60,071 nucleotides of DNA from Elusimicrobiota bacterium (GTDB taxonomy: Bacteria > Elusimicrobiota > Elusimicrobia > UBA1565 > UBA9628): positions 1-60,071 of the forward strand of contig JACRDS010000113.1 of assembly GCA_016212825.1 (NCBI GenBank), given 5' to 3'. The stretch's first letter is position 1. Every line of letters starts with the position of its first letter. This document shows positions 26,259-34,225 of this stretch, piece after piece. The notes under the pieces were generated by a model. It did no database searches. It was not told where the DNA came from and was given only the letters and a program-made list of their open reading frames with translations. The position numbers and the translations under genes were made by a program.

Positions 26259-27209
26259 ATGAGAACCTTCCTCACTCTGGCCGTTCTGGCGCTGGCCGCG
26301 CCGCTATCTGCGCAGGACCATCCTCTGGTCCCCCCCCAGGCGGGGATGGAGTTGAAGGACCGGGACATCGTGCAGTTCGAGGAGATGAAGTTCCCGGTGG
26401 GCAAGATGTGGGAGCAGAAGTTCACCAAGGAACTGGACCTGGAGGGCAAGATATCCTCCTTGAAGTACAGCTACGACAAGGAGCTTTCGACCCTGCAACT
26501 CTTCCGCAACTACCAGAGCTACCTCAGCAAAGAGGGGTTCGAGGTGCTCTTCTCCTGCAGCAAGGAGGAGTGCGGCAGCGGCGACCGGAACACGGGGGAC
26601 TCGAACCACATCGGCATCGGGCACTTCGCCCCGCGCTACGACACGCGCTACATCGCGGCCAAGATCTCCAAGGGCGGCGGCGAGGCGCACGTGGCCATCA
26701 ACATCTCGGGCTACTACCACAGCATCTGGGTGACGGTGGTGGAGTCGAAGGGGATGAACTCGGCCAACCTGAAGGCGGGGGCGATGGACGCGGCCCCGGC
26801 TCGGGCCGCGGCGCAGAGCGAGCCGGCGGTGGTGTCGGTGACTCCGGCGCGCAGCGGTGCGAAGATCCCGACCAACCAGATCGAGACCGGGGTGATCCAG
26901 GGGCTCAACAGCTTCGGCCTGCAGGCCCGCGGGGGCACGGCCGGGGCGGCGACGGACATCCTGGTCGAGGGGAAGCTGGATGTGAACCCGGTCGAGGGGA
27001 CGGACCCGCGCTGGAAGTTCGCGCGGGCCTACGCGACGATCAGCTGCAAGGACGCCAAGACCGGCCGGGTGTTCCTGCAGTTCGACGTGGCGGAGAAGGG
27101 GTCGGCGGGCGACTACAACACGGCGGTGCGGCGCAGCCTGGCCAACCTGTCCAAGAAGGTGGCCGAGGCGGTCAAGAACGGCATCACCGAGTATTTCGAG
27201 AACCAGTAG
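26259..27209 (+). CDS. Secreted protein of unknown function, last gene of the lipoprotein module
   Basis: 316 aa with a signal peptide (PLSAQD). The start is 1 nt after the upstream stop, with SD AAGGAG inside the upstream gene. I could not assign a confident family. Confidence 0.55.
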   Translation: MRTFLTLAVLALAAPLSAQDHPLVPPQAGMELKDRDIVQFEEMKFPVGKMWEQKFTKELDLEGKISSLKYSYDKELSTLQLFRNYQSYLSKEGFEVLFSCSKEECGSGDRNTGDSNHIGIGHFAPRYDTRYIAAKISKGGGEAHVAINISGYYHSIWVTVVESKGMNSANLKAGAMDAAPARAAAQSEPAVVSVTPARSGAKIPTNQIETGVIQGLNSFGLQARGGTAGAATDILVEGKLDVNPVEGTDPRWKFARAYATISCKDAKTGRVFLQFDVAEKGSAGDYNTAVRRSLANLSKKVAEAVKNGITEYFENQ

Positions 27210-27257
27210 ACGGTAGCGAGACGGCCTCGCTCGACGCATGGGCGGGGCCGTTTTCTT

Positions 27258-30200
27258 TTACTGCCCGGCCGGCGCCGCCTCTTCCTGCTTCGGCTGCCGC
27301 TGGAACAGGTCCTTGATGAACTTCCCCACCTGGGTCTTGGTCACCGGCTTGTCGAAGGTCCCCGTCACCTTGATGTCCATCGGCGCCACCCGCCCCACCT
27401 GGGCCGTCACCGTCAGGTCCAGCTTCTCCGTCGGCAGGTTGATCATCCCCTGCGACTGCACCTGGGCCGCGTCGCTGTAAAGATGCGTGTCGCGCACCGT
27501 CATCACGCCCTGGTCGAACTTATAGTCCCCCCCGATCTCCGTGAACGTGATGTTGTTGAAGTCCGGGAAGATGCGCAAGCCACCGACCCCCCCGATCTTC
27601 TGGATGATCAGCAAGGGGAAGATCAGCACCTTCACGATCGGCGACTGCGTGGCCAGCTTGCCGATATTGTTGAAATTCCCTCCCGCCACCTGCAAGGTCG
27701 CGATCCCGTCCAGGGACTTCATGTCCGGCGTCAGGCCCGAAAGCTCCCAGAACGCCTTCACGTCCTTGGCGTTCACGTTCGGGTGGCGCAGCTCGCCCAC
27801 GTTGAAGCGGCCCCGCATGGCCAGCGGAGGAGCCGGCTTGGTCTTTTCGCCCGTCCTCGCCTCCTGCTTCGCGTCCTTTTCTTTCTGCTGCGCCGCCAAA
27901 GCCGCCTTCGCCGCCAGGTACTTGCCCAGGTCGAAGCGGTCCAAGGTCGCCATCAGGTCGACGTACGGCTGGGCCCGGTAGTTCTTCACGGTCAGGTCCA
28001 TCTCCAGCTTCCCGTCGCCGACCTTCCCAGTCAGGTTCGGGATGTCGATGCGCTTCTCGTCGAACGAGGCCGTGCCCGTGAACTCCGCCAGCGGCAGGCC
28101 CGCCACGGTCGCGCCGATGCCCTCGAACTTCATCTTTCCGCCCACCAGAAACTTGGAGGCCGGCCCGGAGAGGCTCAAGGCGAAGAAGCCCCTGCCCCCC
28201 AGTCGCATCTCCCGCGTCTCCGGCGAAATCGCCGTGATCTCGTCGAGCACGAACGAGCGGCATTTCAGGAGCAGGTCCAGGACCTGCTCCTTGGCGCGCA
28301 AGGACTTCACCTTGCCCGACACTTCCAGGTCGTTCTTGCCCACCACCAGGCGCAGGCGTGAGATGTCCACCGCGTCCAGACCGCCCGAGGCCGCCAATTC
28401 GACCTGCGCGGCCGGCACCTGCAGATCCGGCGGCACCTGAGGGAAAGGCAGGTCCGCGGACTTGAAGGCCGGCAAAGACAGCTTGGCGGTCACGGACAAC
28501 TCCGGGGCCGGCTTGTCCGAGAACGGCTTGCGCACCACGCCCCTGATCTCCGTCTCGCCCGAGGCGGTCTTGATCTTCAGCGAGTCCACGGTCAGGTCCT
28601 CGCCATCGGAGCGCAAGGCCGCGTCCACCTTGGCGGCCGGGACCAGCAGGCCCGCCGGGAGCTTGACCAGCGGCACTTCTTCGGCCTTGGTCGCCGGGAA
28701 ATCCAGCCGCGCCCTGGCCTTGAAGCCGCTGCCCTTGGGCTTGCCCATGAGGTCTGCGACCAGGCCCGAAGCCTCGATGTCCGCGCCCTGCGCCTTGATC
28801 TTCAAGGTCGTGATGTTCGCGTCCCAGCCTTTCAGGGCGATGTCCGCCTCCGCCGCGCAGGCCGGGATGACCAGTTCCGGCGGCAGCTTGGCGAAAGGCA
28901 CGGCCGAGCCCTTCATCCTGGGCAGTTCCACATTGGCCTTGATCTTCAGCTCGCCCGGCACGAGCTTGCCCATCAGGTCCTTGACCGAGCCCGAGACCGA
29001 GATGGAGGCGCCCTTGGCCTGCACCTGCAAAGCCTTGATGGCTGCGTCCCAGCCTTGCAAGGCCAACTCAGCCTGAACCTTGGCCGCGGGCACCACCAGC
29101 GCCGGCGGCAGCTTGGCGAAAGGCACGGCCGAGCCCTTGGTCTCCGGCAGATCCAAAGAGGCCTTGATCTTGAGCCCCTGCGGCTTGGGCATCGCGGCCA
29201 GAAGCTCGGCCACGCCGCCGGAGGCCTCCACCTGGGCCGCCGCGGTCTTCACGCGCAAGGAATCGAAGGTCGCGGTCCAGGACTGCAGCCTGAGGCTCGC
29301 ATCCACCGTGCCGGCCGGTATCACCAGGCCCGGCGGCAGCTTCACGCCCGGGATGGCCTTGGTCTCCGGCACGTCCAGGTGCACCACGGCCTTGAGGTCA
29401 GGCTCCGGCTTGGAGTAGAGCTTGGCCACCTTGCCCGTGGATTCCACGGTCCCCAGGCCCGTCTTGACCTTGAGCCCTTCGATCGCCAAGTCCTCGCCGG
29501 CCAGCTTGAAGCGGCCCTCCAGGTCAGCCTCGGGCACGAGCATCCCCTTGGGCAAGGGCAGGCTCGGCAGGGCCTTGAGCGCCGGCGCCTGCGGGTCGAA
29601 GCCCGGCGTGTGAACCTTCAGCGCCAGGTCTCCGGCGGGCTTCGGTCCAGTGCTGGTGATGGCGCCCTTGGCCTCCACGGAGGCCAGTTCCTTGCCGGAC
29701 AGGGAGAGCTTGGCCGTCAGGTCGAGCTTGGGCGCGGCCAGGTTGACCACCTTGCCGGTGAGGCGCAGTTCCCGGCCCGAGTCCTCCAGGCGCAGGGACT
29801 TGATCACCGCGGACATGCGCTCCGGCTTGCCGTCGCCCAGGTTCACCTTGCCCGAGAAGGCCAGCGAGGCGGCCAGAGGCTTGCCCGCTGCCTTGCCGTC
29901 GGCGCGCAGTTCCAGGTCCAAGTGGAACGGCCCGTCGAGCTGGAAGTCCGAGATTCTGGCTCCGGCCACGGTCACCTTGAGGTCCTGTCCCGCGGCCGCG
30001 TCCTTGTAGGAGAGCCTGGCGTTGTGCAGGGCCGCCTTCTTGACCAGCAAGGACAGGGCCAGGCCCGCGGGCGCGGCGCCGGAAGGGGCGGCGGTGGAGC
30101 CCGCGATGTCGGAGAAGTTGAAGGTGCCGTCGGCCCGCCGGACCACGGAGACCTTGAGCCCATCGGCCGAGACCTTGTCCACGGCCAGCCGGCCGCGCAG

Positions 30201-30506
30201 CAGCGGGAAGAAGGCCAGGCTCACGGAGAAGGAGTCCGCCTGCGCGAAGGTGCCCGCCTTGAAGTCCGGCCGTTCCGAGACCGCGAGCTTCTCCACCACC
30301 AGGCCCTGGACGATGCCCACGGAGATGTCGCCCAGGCTCACCTCGCGGTGCAGGTTCTTCTGCGCCTGGCTGATGATGAGCTCGCGGGCCTTCTCCGGGG
30401 TCAGGTAGCGCTTGAGCAGGATCGTGCCCGCGGCCAGGCCCAGCACGCCCAGGGCCGCCAGCACGGCGCAGATCTTGAGGATGGTCTTGAGGGGTGGTGT
30501 TTTCAT
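27258..30506 (-). CDS. AsmA-family / AsmA-like large envelope protein with internal tandem repeats
   Basis: 1082 aa. N-terminal TM anchor (ICAVLAALGVLGLAAGTILL), then an AsmA-like start (EVSLGDISVGIVQGLVVEKLAVSERPDF...LLRGRLAVDKVSADGLKVSVVRRADGTFNFSDI). The C-terminal AsmA_2-like region is MTVRDTHLYSDAAQVQSQGMINLPTEKLDL. Confidence 0.8.
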   Translation of the reverse strand: MKTPPLKTILKICAVLAALGVLGLAAGTILLKRYLTPEKARELIISQAQKNLHREVSLGDISVGIVQGLVVEKLAVSERPDFKAGTFAQADSFSVSLAFFPLLRGRLAVDKVSADGLKVSVVRRADGTFNFSDIAGSTAAPSGAAPAGLALSLLVKKAALHNARLSYKDAAAGQDLKVTVAGARISDFQLDGPFHLDLELRADGKAAGKPLAASLAFSGKVNLGDGKPERMSAVIKSLRLEDSGRELRLTGKVVNLAAPKLDLTAKLSLSGKELASVEAKGAITSTGPKPAGDLALKVHTPGFDPQAPALKALPSLPLPKGMLVPEADLEGRFKLAGEDLAIEGLKVKTGLGTVESTGKVAKLYSKPEPDLKAVVHLDVPETKAIPGVKLPPGLVIPAGTVDASLRLQSWTATFDSLRVKTAAAQVEASGGVAELLAAMPKPQGLKIKASLDLPETKGSAVPFAKLPPALVVPAAKVQAELALQGWDAAIKALQVQAKGASISVSGSVKDLMGKLVPGELKIKANVELPRMKGSAVPFAKLPPELVIPACAAEADIALKGWDANITTLKIKAQGADIEASGLVADLMGKPKGSGFKARARLDFPATKAEEVPLVKLPAGLLVPAAKVDAALRSDGEDLTVDSLKIKTASGETEIRGVVRKPFSDKPAPELSVTAKLSLPAFKSADLPFPQVPPDLQVPAAQVELAASGGLDAVDISRLRLVVGKNDLEVSGKVKSLRAKEQVLDLLLKCRSFVLDEITAISPETREMRLGGRGFFALSLSGPASKFLVGGKMKFEGIGATVAGLPLAEFTGTASFDEKRIDIPNLTGKVGDGKLEMDLTVKNYRAQPYVDLMATLDRFDLGKYLAAKAALAAQQKEKDAKQEARTGEKTKPAPPLAMRGRFNVGELRHPNVNAKDVKAFWELSGLTPDMKSLDGIATLQVAGGNFNNIGKLATQSPIVKVLIFPLLIIQKIGGVGGLRIFPDFNNITFTEIGGDYKFDQGVMTVRDTHLYSDAAQVQSQGMINLPTEKLDLTVTAQVGRVAPMDIKVTGTFDKPVTKTQVGKFIKDLFQRQPKQEEAAPAGQ
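28290..29610 (-). repeat. In-frame tandem repeats (~225 nt / ~75 aa, about 5-6 units) inside the AsmA-like gene
   Basis: An exact 37-nt duplicate, CCGGCGGCAGCTTGGCGAAAGGCACGGCCGAGCCCTT, occurs at 28877-28913 and 29102-29138, giving a period of 225. At protein level, units of the form LDxPxTKGSAVPFAKLPPxLVxPAxxxxAxxALxGWDAxIxxLxxxAxGAxIxxSGxVxDLMGK recur. The outer boundaries are approximate. Confidence 0.7.
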
Positions 30507-30561
30507 TGCCTTTGCCTTGGAACTCTTCGCGAGTGATTATAGCAAAGAGAGGCCGGAAGGC

Positions 30562-30590
30562 TTGCCCGTCTCTCCTTGAATTGGTATCTT
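30562..30590 (+). promoter_or_regulatory. Candidate promoter TTGCCC-17 nt-TATCTT ending 6 nt before the protease ATG (possible leaderless transcript)
   Basis: The hexamers were read directly. No SD lies between the -10 and the ATG at 30597. Confidence 0.3.
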
Positions 30591-30596
30591 CATGCT

Positions 30597-32501
30597 ATGA
30601 ACCACAAATCAGCCATCGCCGCCTTGCTGACCCTTTCCCTGGCCTGCCCAGCGGCCTTCGCGGCCCAGACCCAGAAGGCCAAGCCCGCCAAGACCAGGTC
30701 CTCCTTCTCCTCCTTGCTCAAGCGCATAACCGACTACATCAACTCCGAGCCCGTGCAGAGGGCCCGGGTCTCCGCGGCCGTGGCTGCGGTGCGCGGCGGC
30801 ATCCCCACGGAGCAGGGCGAGAACCTCGACGACCGCCTGCTCGACCGCACCCGCCAACTGCGCGCCCGGCTCCTGACCGGACCGGCCGCGGCCCACGAGA
30901 AGACCCTGCGCTCCATCTACCGGTCCTTGGCCGTCTCGCAGATGGTGCAGTCCGCGGAACTCTCCCCCCGGGCGGCCGTGGCGCAGGAGCTCGCCTCCTC
31001 GCTCAAGGACCTCTCCAAGGGCATGCCGGAGTCCCTGCGCGCCCTGCTCGGCGGGCCCCTGACGGCCCTCAACGACAAGGCCCTGGTGTCCGCGGGTTGG
31101 GGCCAGAACGTGCGCGACCTGACCCCCGCGCTCTCCGGAGAGGAACCCGCGGCGGGCGAGCTCGTGGCGGAGCCGGACACGGCCCGGCTCGACGAGTCGC
31201 TCAAGGGCTTGCAGGACTCCTGGTCGCGCAAGGCCCTCCCCAAGGAAGACGAGGCCGAGGCGCATTTCCTGGCCGCCCAGGTCTATCTCCAGCTCGCTTC
31301 CGCCAGGTACGCCGGCGTGGCCGCCCCCAAGTCAGCCGTCGCGGCGGCGCCCGCGGAGACCGTGGTGGTCCAGACCGCGCCCCGCGCGGCCGAGCCTTCC
31401 GAGGCCGCCGCCGGCCCCGAGTTCAGCGCCAAGACCGTCTACGCCAAGGCCTCTCCGGCCGTGGTGCTCATCATCTGCTCGGACAAGGACGGCACCGGAG
31501 AGCTGGGCTCGGGCAGCCTCCTCGACGCCTCGGGCCGCATCCTCACCAACGCCCACGTGGTCATCCGCGACTCCACGCGCAAGCCTTGGCCCGTCATCCG
31601 GGTCTACTACAAGCCGGCGAAGATGACCGGAGACCCCCAGCAGGACCTGGTCGACCCCTCCGAGGCCGAGGTCGCGGCCTTCGACAACAGCCTGGACCTG
31701 GCCCTCATCCGCGCCAAGACCCCGCCGGCGCGGCCCGCCACCCTGTCCCTGGGCGACCCGGACGACGTGTCCGTGGGCGACCGCGTGGCCGCCATCGGCC
31801 ACCCGGAGCAGGGCGGCATGTGGACCCTGACCACGGGCATCGTGAGCACGGTGATAGCGAATCTGGGCAATGTGAAGGGGAAGAAGGGCTTCCAGACCGA
31901 CGCCTCCATCAACCGGGGCAACTCCGGCGGCCCGCTGGTGGACGCCTCAGGCGATATCATCGGCGTCAACACCTTGATGTCGCGCAAAGCGGCCGACGGG
32001 CTGGCCATCACGGGCGTCAACTACGCGGTGCGAGCGGACGTGGCCAAGAAGTGGCTCGCGCAGAACGCGGGGCTGCAGCTGGCCTACGCGCCGTCCCTGG
32101 AGGGCAGCCGTTCTCCTCTCCCGCAAGGGACCGCCGTCGCCTCAGTCCCGGCCCAGCCTGCCCCGCTTCCACCTCCTGCCGCGCCGCCCATGGCCGCATC
32201 CAACGCGCGCGCCACGCCACAGCTGCCCATGGCCGACCGGACCATGCCCCCGCCGCCGCCCACCATGCGCGAGGGCGTGACCCAGGCCGGCCGCGTGGGC
32301 CGGACCGTGGCGCCCAAACCAGCTCCGGTCGCGGCTCCGGCTCCGCCGCCCGCTCCCGCGCCGGCCGAGCCCAAGCACCAGACCGTCACCGAGGGGCGGC
32401 CTTATGACCGCGACGCGGTCATCGAGGCCGAGATCAAGGAGATGGAGGACCTGGGCGAAGAGATGCACCAGGAGATCATGAAGCGCAAAGGGAGACAGTG
32501 A
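30597..32501 (+). CDS. Secreted trypsin-like serine protease (S1C/DegP-like catalytic domain, no obvious PDZ) with long N-terminal and Pro-rich C-terminal regions
   Basis: The track ORF starts at TTG 30576; the ATG at 30597 gives signal peptide MNHKSAIAALLTLSLACPAAFA. Catalytic triad context: ILTNAHVV (His), DLALIRAK (Asp), TDASINRGNSGGPLVD (Ser). Confidence 0.8.
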   Translation: MNHKSAIAALLTLSLACPAAFAAQTQKAKPAKTRSSFSSLLKRITDYINSEPVQRARVSAAVAAVRGGIPTEQGENLDDRLLDRTRQLRARLLTGPAAAHEKTLRSIYRSLAVSQMVQSAELSPRAAVAQELASSLKDLSKGMPESLRALLGGPLTALNDKALVSAGWGQNVRDLTPALSGEEPAAGELVAEPDTARLDESLKGLQDSWSRKALPKEDEAEAHFLAAQVYLQLASARYAGVAAPKSAVAAAPAETVVVQTAPRAAEPSEAAAGPEFSAKTVYAKASPAVVLIICSDKDGTGELGSGSLLDASGRILTNAHVVIRDSTRKPWPVIRVYYKPAKMTGDPQQDLVDPSEAEVAAFDNSLDLALIRAKTPPARPATLSLGDPDDVSVGDRVAAIGHPEQGGMWTLTTGIVSTVIANLGNVKGKKGFQTDASINRGNSGGPLVDASGDIIGVNTLMSRKAADGLAITGVNYAVRADVAKKWLAQNAGLQLAYAPSLEGSRSPLPQGTAVASVPAQPAPLPPPAAPPMAASNARATPQLPMADRTMPPPPPTMREGVTQAGRVGRTVAPKPAPVAAPAPPPAPAPAEPKHQTVTEGRPYDRDAVIEAEIKEMEDLGEEMHQEIMKRKGRQ

Positions 32502-32503
32502 CC

Positions 32504-33808
32504 ATGTCCAAGACCGCACGCGCCGTCCTGGCCCTCATCCTCCTCGCCGCCGCCGTCCCGGCCGCCGCCGAGACCAAACGGAACCTGCTGGAGTACATCA
32601 CCGCGAACCTGCGCAAGGACGGGGGACTGCCCACGGCCCAGCAGGCCCGCATCGTCAATTCCATCCGGACGCGCTTCGCGGACTACGCGCTCAAGGTGGT
32701 GCCGGCCAAGGACACCGCCAACGCCGACGTGGTGATGCGCATGATCATCGAGGGCGTGTTCGACCAGAGCCCGGAGGACCGCATCGCCGACGTCTCTTTC
32801 GCGGCCTGGCAGGCGCTGAGCCGGGGCGCGCCGGCGGAGGTGGTGGAGGGCATCGCGCTCTACGGCTACCGCAAGAAGATCCCGGGCGAGACCATCGCGG
32901 CCTGGGCCAGCGGCTACAAGAACCTGACCGACGCCCAGGTGCCGCCGGAGGTGGCCGCGGACCTCGTCCGCAACGCCATGGAGAAGGACTGGGACATCCG
33001 GACCTTCGACCTGTTCAAGCAGAACATGTACGCCGCGGCCAAGGCGCGCTTCGATATGAAGGACTACGCGACCTACCTCTTCGGCCACTATCTCGAGGGC
33101 AAGAAGATGCCGGGCGCGATGTCCGCCGACGCCATGGCCTACTTCAAGAAGTGCGCCGCGGCCAAGGTCCAGCCCAAGCTGCCGCCCTACCAGGGCGTGT
33201 TCTCGGCCAAGCCGTTCCAGGACATCGTCTACGAGGCCAAGCCCAAGGAGGCCGCCCCGGAGCCGGTTCAGCCGGCCGTGGAGCCTGCACGGCCGCAGCC
33301 TGAGCCGGCGGCGCCCACAGTCGAGCCCCCGCCGGAGCCGCTCAAGCCTGTTCCGGTCATGCCTGTCAAGCCGGCGGCCACCCCCAGGCCGGCGCCCGAG
33401 CCGACGCCGCAGTCCTTGGGCATCGCCATGGGGAGCGTGTGGCCGGGCCTCTACGCCTCGGCGCAGTCCTACCTGGGCACTCCCTACGTCTGGGGCGGGA
33501 CCACGCACCAGGGAATCGACTGCTCGGGCTTCACGCAGAACTCCTACGGCGAGAACAAGGTGCGCATCCCTAGGGTGAGCCGCGACCAGTGGAAGACGGG
33601 CGACCCGATCCAGTGGCAGGACCTGCGCAAGGGCGACCTGGTGTTCTTCAACACCATGGGCGCCGGGGTCTCGCACGTGGGGCTGGTCGTGGACGCCAAC
33701 GGCCCGAAATTCTACCATGCCTCCTCCTCGAAGGGCGTGACCGAGGCGGAGCTGAGCAAGAACTACTACAAGACGCGCTATCTGGGCGCGCGGCGCATCA
33801 TCCCTTAG
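32504..33808 (+). CDS. NlpC/P60 (C40) cell-wall peptidase with large N-terminal domain
   Basis: The ATG at 32504 is 2 nt after the protease stop; the track ORF begins at GTG 32498. There is a signal peptide. The C-terminal domain reads GTPYVWGGTTHQGIDCSGFTQNSY...GDLVFF...SHVGLVV...FYHASS, giving the Cys-His catalytic pattern. Confidence 0.85.
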   Translation: MSKTARAVLALILLAAAVPAAAETKRNLLEYITANLRKDGGLPTAQQARIVNSIRTRFADYALKVVPAKDTANADVVMRMIIEGVFDQSPEDRIADVSFAAWQALSRGAPAEVVEGIALYGYRKKIPGETIAAWASGYKNLTDAQVPPEVAADLVRNAMEKDWDIRTFDLFKQNMYAAAKARFDMKDYATYLFGHYLEGKKMPGAMSADAMAYFKKCAAAKVQPKLPPYQGVFSAKPFQDIVYEAKPKEAAPEPVQPAVEPARPQPEPAAPTVEPPPEPLKPVPVMPVKPAATPRPAPEPTPQSLGIAMGSVWPGLYASAQSYLGTPYVWGGTTHQGIDCSGFTQNSYGENKVRIPRVSRDQWKTGDPIQWQDLRKGDLVFFNTMGAGVSHVGLVVDANGPKFYHASSSKGVTEAELSKNYYKTRYLGARRIIP

Positions 33809-33813
33809 CGGGG

Positions 33814-34194
33814 TCAATCCCCGGCGGCGCGCCTCTTGATGGCCCTGACGGTGAGGATCACGTCAGGGCCGCTGCTTTCCCGCACCAGCGAGATGATCCC
33901 CGTGACGTCGACTCTCGCGTTGCGCAGGGCCTTGATGTCCTCGAAGATCCTCTTGCTGTGCGCGGCCAGCCGGAGCTCCCTGACGCCCTGGCGTTCGGCC
34001 CCGGAATGGGATTCCTTGACGCAGATGGGCTGGACCAAGGACAGGACCGGGACGCTGAGGAACCGGCTCCCGGGCTGCTCCGCGGCCCGGACCTCCTTGT
34101 TCATCCGCCTGCCCGCGAGCACCACGCTGGTGTTCTCCAGGAGGCACCCCGCGGCGAGGATGCCGGCCAAAGCGGTCCCCATTCTCATATTCAA
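33814..34194 (-). CDS. Small putative lipoprotein, unknown function
   Basis: 126 aa with lipobox ILAAGC. Its amino-acid composition is more protein-like than the overlapping plus-strand ORF 33836..34204 (Ser/Leu/Arg-rich). Confidence 0.4.
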   Translation of the reverse strand: MNMRMGTALAGILAAGCLLENTSVVLAGRRMNKEVRAAEQPGSRFLSVPVLSLVQPICVKESHSGAERQGVRELRLAAHSKRIFEDIKALRNARVDVTGIISLVRESSGPDVILTVRAIKRRAAGD

Positions 34195-34225
34195 GTACCG
34201 CTGATTCTATTCAAACGGGGCCGGC

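Noticed and set aside
27210-27257. A possible terminator between the lipoprotein module and the convergent AsmA-like gene (short AGCGAG-N5-CTCGCT stem and a TTTTCTTTT run).
   Set aside because: The stem is only 6 bp and is not adjacent to the T-run, so the evidence is too weak to annotate.
28290-29610. The periodic repeats, considered as a possible CRISPR array or non-coding satellite.
   Set aside because: The period is 225 nt. The repeats are in frame inside a long ORF and translate to a coherent repeated protein unit. There is no short repeat/spacer organisation and no cas genes.
27483-33817. Shadow ORFs over the AsmA-like, protease and NlpC/P60 genes (27483..28361 +, 29055..30536 +, 30494..32407 +, 32402..33817 -, and others).
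   Set aside because: The translations are Arg/Gly/His/Gln-rich nonsense, and each is overlapped by ORFs with catalytic-triad or AsmA motifs.
33836-34204. The plus-strand 122-aa ORF overlapping the small lipoprotein candidate.
   Set aside because: The Ser/Leu/Arg-rich translation has no signal or motif. The minus-strand frame has a lipobox and more balanced composition, although it is itself only a low-confidence call.
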